DNA of 20,672 nucleotides from Oculatellaceae cyanobacterium bins.114 (GTDB lineage Bacteria; Cyanobacteriota; Cyanobacteriia; Elainellales; Elainellaceae), in NCBI GenBank assembly GCA_033764315.1, contig JANRJA010000189.1:1-20672 (forward strand), read 5' to 3'. The notes beneath the pieces are model-generated. The model worked only from the letters and a program-made list of their open reading frames with translations, searched no databases and was not told where the DNA came from. This document shows, piece after piece, positions 16,640 through 20,672 of the stretch. Position 1 is the stretch's first letter. Each line of letters begins with the position of its first letter. Made by a program: the position numbers and the translations under genes.

Positions 16640-17485
16640 ATGCAAAAACAACAAGAGCAGGTCAAATTTTGGCGATGGCAAAGTTCCTCTAGTGACGGTT
16701 TGCCCCAGAGCCACGATGTTGAGTTGCTGCATGCTCGTTACATCACCCACTCTTTTAGTCGCCACACCCACGACACCTTTGCCATTGGCGTGATTCAGCA
16801 GGGGGCAGAGGAGTTTGCCTACCGGGGTGAAACCCATGTGGCGATCGCTGGTAGCATTGCCCTGATCAATCCGGGTGAAGTGCACACCGGACACGCCGCC
16901 ACCGACCTGGGTTGGACTTATCGCATGTTGTATCCTGATGTGCGCTTGCTACAACATGCCGCTTCCCAACTCTCCGACCATGATGTCAGCATTCCCTACT
17001 TCCCCAACCCGGTTGTGCAAGACGAGTATCTAACTGGACTCATTTTGCGACTGCATGTGGCTCTAGAACAACAAGCACCCCAACTAGAACAAGATTCACG
17101 CCTGCTATGGACTTTTAGCCAGTTGGTTTTACGACATGGGGGCGATCGCTCTAACATCAAAGCCATTGACTCTGAATCTCGTGCCATTCAAACCGTACGG
17201 CACTATCTAGAAGCACACTATGCTGAGAACGTTAGCCTCGAAACCCTGGCGGCGATCGCCAACCTCAGCCCCTTTCATCTGCTTCGCACTTTCCGTAAGC
17301 AGGTAGGTTTGCCACCCCATGAATATCTCAATCACATCCGATTTCAGCAGGCAAAAAAATTCTTAGCTCAAGGACGACCCATTAGTGATGTTGCTCATAT
17401 CACGGGGTTTGCCGACCAGAGCCATTTAACCCGCCAGTTTAAACGCATGATTGGGGTGACACCAGGGCAATATCGATCGCTGTGA
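16640..17485 (+). CDS. AraC family transcriptional regulator (cupin-like ligand domain plus double HTH)
   Basis: Motifs FSRHTHD, INPGEVHTG, LSPFHLLRTFRKQVGLPPHEY and GFADQSHLTRQFKRMIGVTPGQYR. ATG 16640. Confidence 0.93.
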   Translation: MQKQQEQVKFWRWQSSSSDGLPQSHDVELLHARYITHSFSRHTHDTFAIGVIQQGAEEFAYRGETHVAIAGSIALINPGEVHTGHAATDLGWTYRMLYPDVRLLQHAASQLSDHDVSIPYFPNPVVQDEYLTGLILRLHVALEQQAPQLEQDSRLLWTFSQLVLRHGGDRSNIKAIDSESRAIQTVRHYLEAHYAENVSLETLAAIANLSPFHLLRTFRKQVGLPPHEYLNHIRFQQAKKFLAQGRPISDVAHITGFADQSHLTRQFKRMIGVTPGQYRSL

Positions 17486-17526
17486 AGAGCGGGAACTGAG
17501 GACTTTTGCTAGGGTCATGCCCAAAA

Positions 17527-17655
17527 AATTGGGTGTTGCTAATCGACCGTATGAATACAGATGTCCCCTTCGACTGCGCTACTGCGCTCAGGGGATGCTA
17601 ACTGAGTTCAGGAGATGGTGACTGAACGCAGTGCATCTGATTGGTAGCTCCAATT
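17527..17655. repeat. Degenerate MITE/REP-like element between convergent araC and clostripain genes
   Basis: Ends AATTGGGTGTTGCTAATC / GATTGGTAGCTCCAATT pair with G-U wobbles. The interior has CCCCTTCGACTGCGCT(ACTGCGCT)CAGGGG with an 8-nt duplication. Confidence 0.5.
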
Positions 17656-17668
17656 TGGAGAACGGGTA

Positions 17669-19339
17669 TTACCAGTCTCCCCAAGCCAGAAAATCATCCC
17701 AAGCTGTGTCATTGACAAAATTAGAGGTTACTCCTAAGTAATCGGAACTGGGATACTGGCCTCGTTCAGAGAAATAGACAGACAATCCACTGCTATGACC
17801 TGCGATCGCCGTAAAGTTGCTAATCACCGTACTGTTGTAAGCAGTCAACACATCTTGAGCGGCTGTGCGAATGCTAGTTGAGATCCAACCATTATTGACT
17901 ACTCTTGAAAAGAGATTGCCAATATCAACATAGTCGGGATAATCTCCCTCCCCATAGGCGTTGGAGTCAGCATTGCGGGCTGACCCCAACTCTTGGAGAT
18001 CATAATCAGTAGCAGTGTACATAACAGCATTAGCAAAATCACTCAATGTAGTAGAGAGATTAAAGGGATTGCTATCTCGCATCACCGTCAGAGCGATCGC
18101 CGATAGGGTTTCATCTCCAGAGGGATAGGTTTGAGCATAGCGGTTAACGATGCTGCTACCAAACTGAGTTGCCGTCATTGAGGGATTCGCCACCAAATCT
18201 TGCAACGTTGTGGCGTAGTTCCAACCTGTGCCCGGAATCAATTCTTGTGAACCTACATAAACCGAGGCACTGTCTCTCACAGCATGAGCAAACTCAACTG
18301 TTCCCATCAAACAAGCATCCATACCCAACACATCAACCGTGTCAGGCAAGCTACCCAACACACTATTAAATTCATTGGCACTGAGAGCATCGCCTGTAAT
18401 GTCGTCATACGCTACCTCATGCCCCGATCCATGTCCCCAAACCACCACAGCATAGTTGTCAGCTTGATAGTTTGACATGCCCCAGTTGAGAAAATTGCGG
18501 AGCGTACTGGCATCACCCATATTGGCTTCGCCAATGCTAGTCCCCCAATGAGTACCAGGGGTGCTGCCATAGCTGATCAATCCGCGCCGAGTATCGGTCC
18601 AGTTGCCATAACGAGTGTCGTCGGTGGCTTGCCCTCTCGTAAAGGAGGAGTGATCTGCGGCAGTGCGATCGTATTGCAGCAAGATATTCACGTTACTGTT
18701 AGAACCGACACTTGCCATTTCACGGAAGTCTTCGATGGTATAGCGTTCTAGATTGTCGGCTGACATATAAATCATTACCGTCCAGTCCGCCCGATTGCCC
18801 GTCGGTGCAGGGTTATCTAGTGGAGTGGAACTATTGGCAAGACGACGGGTTGAGAGGCTGAGACTATAGTTTGTTCTGTTGCCAACTGAAAACACCCGCA
18901 CATAATAGGTTCCTGCTTCTAAGTCGCAGTTAATGCTATCTGCCGCTGCACCAACTCGATAGGAACCTGCGATCGCCACCCCTGCTTGATTAAACAGTTG
19001 CACATCGGCATTGGCTCTCAGACCTCGCAGAGACATCCGCAATTTTTGCCGACCTGTCACACGAAACTTCACATAGTCATTGCGATCGCCTGGAGCACCA
19101 ATGACATTACTCAATGTCCGGTTTCTTAATGTTCCTAAATTGAACGCACCTCCACGAGTGTTACCCAAATCTCTGTTAGAGGAGGCTCGTCCAATAGTAG
19201 ACCGTGATTTAGAAACCCCATCGCTGAATTCTTGTTGATCTAAACCAGACTGAAGCGGAGAAGAATAAGAGTTAAAAGTAGACGTTCTTGATGAATCAAA
19301 TCTGAAGAGATTAGAACGTTGAGTCGTTAAGGTTAACAT
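17669..19339 (-). CDS. Clostripain-like cysteine peptidase (family C11) with an N-terminal PPC (pre-peptidase C-terminal) domain
   Basis: PPC-like DRNDYVKF...ANADVQL...LEAGTYYVRV...NYSLSL, then C11 motifs WTVMIYM.ADN, EANMGD, WGHGSG (His), MDACLMG (Cys) and GSQE. The start is at 19339 or 19348. Confidence 0.9.
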   Translation of the reverse strand: MLTLTTQRSNLFRFDSSRTSTFNSYSSPLQSGLDQQEFSDGVSKSRSTIGRASSNRDLGNTRGGAFNLGTLRNRTLSNVIGAPGDRNDYVKFRVTGRQKLRMSLRGLRANADVQLFNQAGVAIAGSYRVGAAADSINCDLEAGTYYVRVFSVGNRTNYSLSLSTRRLANSSTPLDNPAPTGNRADWTVMIYMSADNLERYTIEDFREMASVGSNSNVNILLQYDRTAADHSSFTRGQATDDTRYGNWTDTRRGLISYGSTPGTHWGTSIGEANMGDASTLRNFLNWGMSNYQADNYAVVVWGHGSGHEVAYDDITGDALSANEFNSVLGSLPDTVDVLGMDACLMGTVEFAHAVRDSASVYVGSQELIPGTGWNYATTLQDLVANPSMTATQFGSSIVNRYAQTYPSGDETLSAIALTVMRDSNPFNLSTTLSDFANAVMYTATDYDLQELGSARNADSNAYGEGDYPDYVDIGNLFSRVVNNGWISTSIRTAAQDVLTAYNSTVISNFTAIAGHSSGLSVYFSERGQYPSSDYLGVTSNFVNDTAWDDFLAWGDW

Positions 19340-19664
19340 AATATGCAAACCTACTTAGTTGAGCCATATATACTTAGCTCTACGCTTGAGAGACATATGC
19401 AGCGACTAAGATACTCAGGGGAAAAAGACAGCTAAAAAGGATAATTTTTACCCCTTTTCATTCTTTAGTTTTTCATTCTTTACTTTTCGTCTGAGGAACT
19501 GGGGGGCGATCGCCACATTTCCCAGATCAATTACTGCAAGAATTATGGAACATCTCAAGAGATTTCAAAAATCTCAGCAAACACTCATATTCTTCTTAGA
19601 AAACTCATCCGTCTTTCATGCCTGTTCAAGGTGGATACCGTAACTTAGATTGTAGGAACAGAAC

Positions 19665-19737
19665 GTATTTAAGTACACCACGTACTTAATACATCCAACC
19701 AGCATTGCTATGTGTTCAACGTACAAGTTTACAAGTT
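19665..19737 (+). promoter_or_regulatory. Candidate operator elements upstream of the double-Gly peptide
   Basis: Inverted repeat TTAAGTAC-ACCAC-GTACTTAA (19669-19689) and direct repeat (TACAAGTT)x2 (19722-19737). Confidence 0.35.
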
Positions 19738-19764
19738 AGGGATTGACATCCCAGGAGCTAAATC

Positions 19765-19992
19765 ATGAGCGAAGATAAAACTATTCATTCTGATGCAGAA
19801 ATCTCTGATGAAGACTTAGAATCTGTTTCGGGCGGAGAAGATAATTTCCCAGCGTTCCCTAACCAGGGCGAGCTTCCAGATAGCGTTTTAGAAGGCGTGG
19901 CAGGTGGAACCAGACCTCCTTCTGGAGATTCAAACCCCAGTGACTTAACCAACACAACGGTTAACTCAGACGATATCATCAAGCCCCATTAA
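19765..19992 (+). CDS. Small acidic peptide with two double-glycine leader motifs (RiPP/bacteriocin precursor-like)
   Basis: SD CAGGAG precedes ATG. EISDEDLESVSGG and ELPDSVLEGVAGG both match the ELSDEELE.V.GG leader consensus of Nif11/NHLP/bacteriocin precursors. Confidence 0.8.
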   Translation: MSEDKTIHSDAEISDEDLESVSGGEDNFPAFPNQGELPDSVLEGVAGGTRPPSGDSNPSDLTNTTVNSDDIIKPH

Positions 19993-20043
19993 TTGTTGGA
20001 CATTCCACACCCAAGTTCATTGTGAAGTTAAGACTGTTGCAAT

Positions 20044-20133
20044 AAAGCTACAATGCTGTTTTCTCAGCTCAATGTTGACAATCCTGCAAAGATTGAAAGA
20101 CTTTTTGAAGAGACATCCGGCTATTGTAGCTTT
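20044..20133. repeat. 11-bp inverted repeat between convergent genes (possible bidirectional terminator or mini-element)
   Basis: AAAGCTACAAT (20044-20054) and ATTGTAGCTTT (20123-20133). Confidence 0.45.
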
Positions 20134-20138
20134 TTCTC

Positions 20139-20513
20139 TTAAAGCGTCAGACTGACTAAAGTAAGGAGTTTATACCAGTTCTCACCGAGCCAAGCGGCTG
20201 ACTTTTCTACATGGAGACGTAACTTCTCAATTGATTCTGCAAAATTGCCTGTTTTTTGGGCATACGTCAATGCTCGGTCTAATGCCTGACCCACCTCATC
20301 TTTGTTGGGTTGAGGTTTAGTGAGTTCATCCTGAGCATCCGCGATCGCATTTTCTATCTTGCGCTGATCGGGCGATCGGAGTTCTGTAAGCAGTGCTTTG
20401 AGGGCTTCCAATTCTGAAGCGATGTCAACTGTCTCTGATGACGGCAGCGTTGTTTGCTGAAGGTTGATAGAGGAATTGTTGCGATCGCCAAGAGTTAAAT
20501 TACTATTATTCAC
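20139..20513 (-). CDS. Hypothetical helical protein resembling the C-terminal domain of some cyanobacterial pentapeptide-repeat proteins
   Basis: DIASELEALK...DQRKIENAIADAQDEL.KPQPNKDEVGQALDRAL.YAQK...HVEKSAAWLGENWYKLL. The start (GTG) is uncertain. Confidence 0.65.
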   Translation of the reverse strand: MNNSNLTLGDRNNSSINLQQTTLPSSETVDIASELEALKALLTELRSPDQRKIENAIADAQDELTKPQPNKDEVGQALDRALTYAQKTGNFAESIEKLRLHVEKSAAWLGENWYKLLTLVSLTL

Positions 20514-20618
20514 GTCGCCATTAAAAAAAATAGGTAACTACTCAGGCAAAACTTGCTGAGTTTAAGTGGAGTGGGGATAACTGGGTTATTGTTGGAAGCA
20601 GGGCATTGAGCATGATCA

Positions 20619-20672
20619 ATGAAGGAACCGTCTGAACAATCAGAGCAGCTTCGGGAAGTGATCCGTGCCGCG
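20619..20672 (+). CDS. Possible 5' end of an unidentified gene running off the window
   Basis: ATG 20619 opens MKEPSEQSEQLREVIRAA, uninterrupted to the window edge; too short to identify. Confidence 0.3.
   Translation, partial: MKEPSEQSEQLREVIRAA

Larger units (their letters stand above)
1..20672. repeat. HIP1 octamer (GCGATCGC), highly over-represented
   Basis: More than 40 copies counted by eye, in coding and intergenic DNA. None seen between about 8380 and 10430. Confidence 0.95.

Noticed and set aside
381-19982. Remaining short ORFs in the track nested in or antisense to long genes
   Set aside because: They overlap well-supported CDSs and show no motifs; treated as shadow ORFs.

Overview
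Cyanobacterial chromosomal DNA: more than 40 HIP1 octamers (GCGATCGC), heptameric STRR-type repeats and cyanobacterial gene families. In order: the 5' end of menB (missed by the ORF track), a TerB-like gene and menD on the minus strand. Next is a divergent co-oriented trio of a sulfatase-like enzyme with Thr in place of the usual Cys/Ser, an atypical Lgt and an NPP/alkaline-phosphatase-superfamily enzyme. A secreted hypothetical protein follows, then an MNT antitoxin whose HEPN toxin is truncated at the edge of an AT-rich, HIP1-free decaying island. After that come a Rad50/SbcC-like ATPase with no zinc hook, a small membrane protein, a TPR-methyltransferase, a UbiH-like hydroxylase, an AraC regulator and a PPC-clostripain (C11) protease. 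The protease is divergent from a 75-aa peptide carrying two tandem double-glycine leader motifs. Many intergenic spaces hold MITEs or REP-like palindromes, including an IS1-type MITE with an 8-bp target duplication. The best candidates for undescribed systems are the sulfatase-like/Lgt-like/NPP trio and the tandem double-Gly peptide beside the clostripain. All family calls come from motif recognition by eye; no database searches were run.
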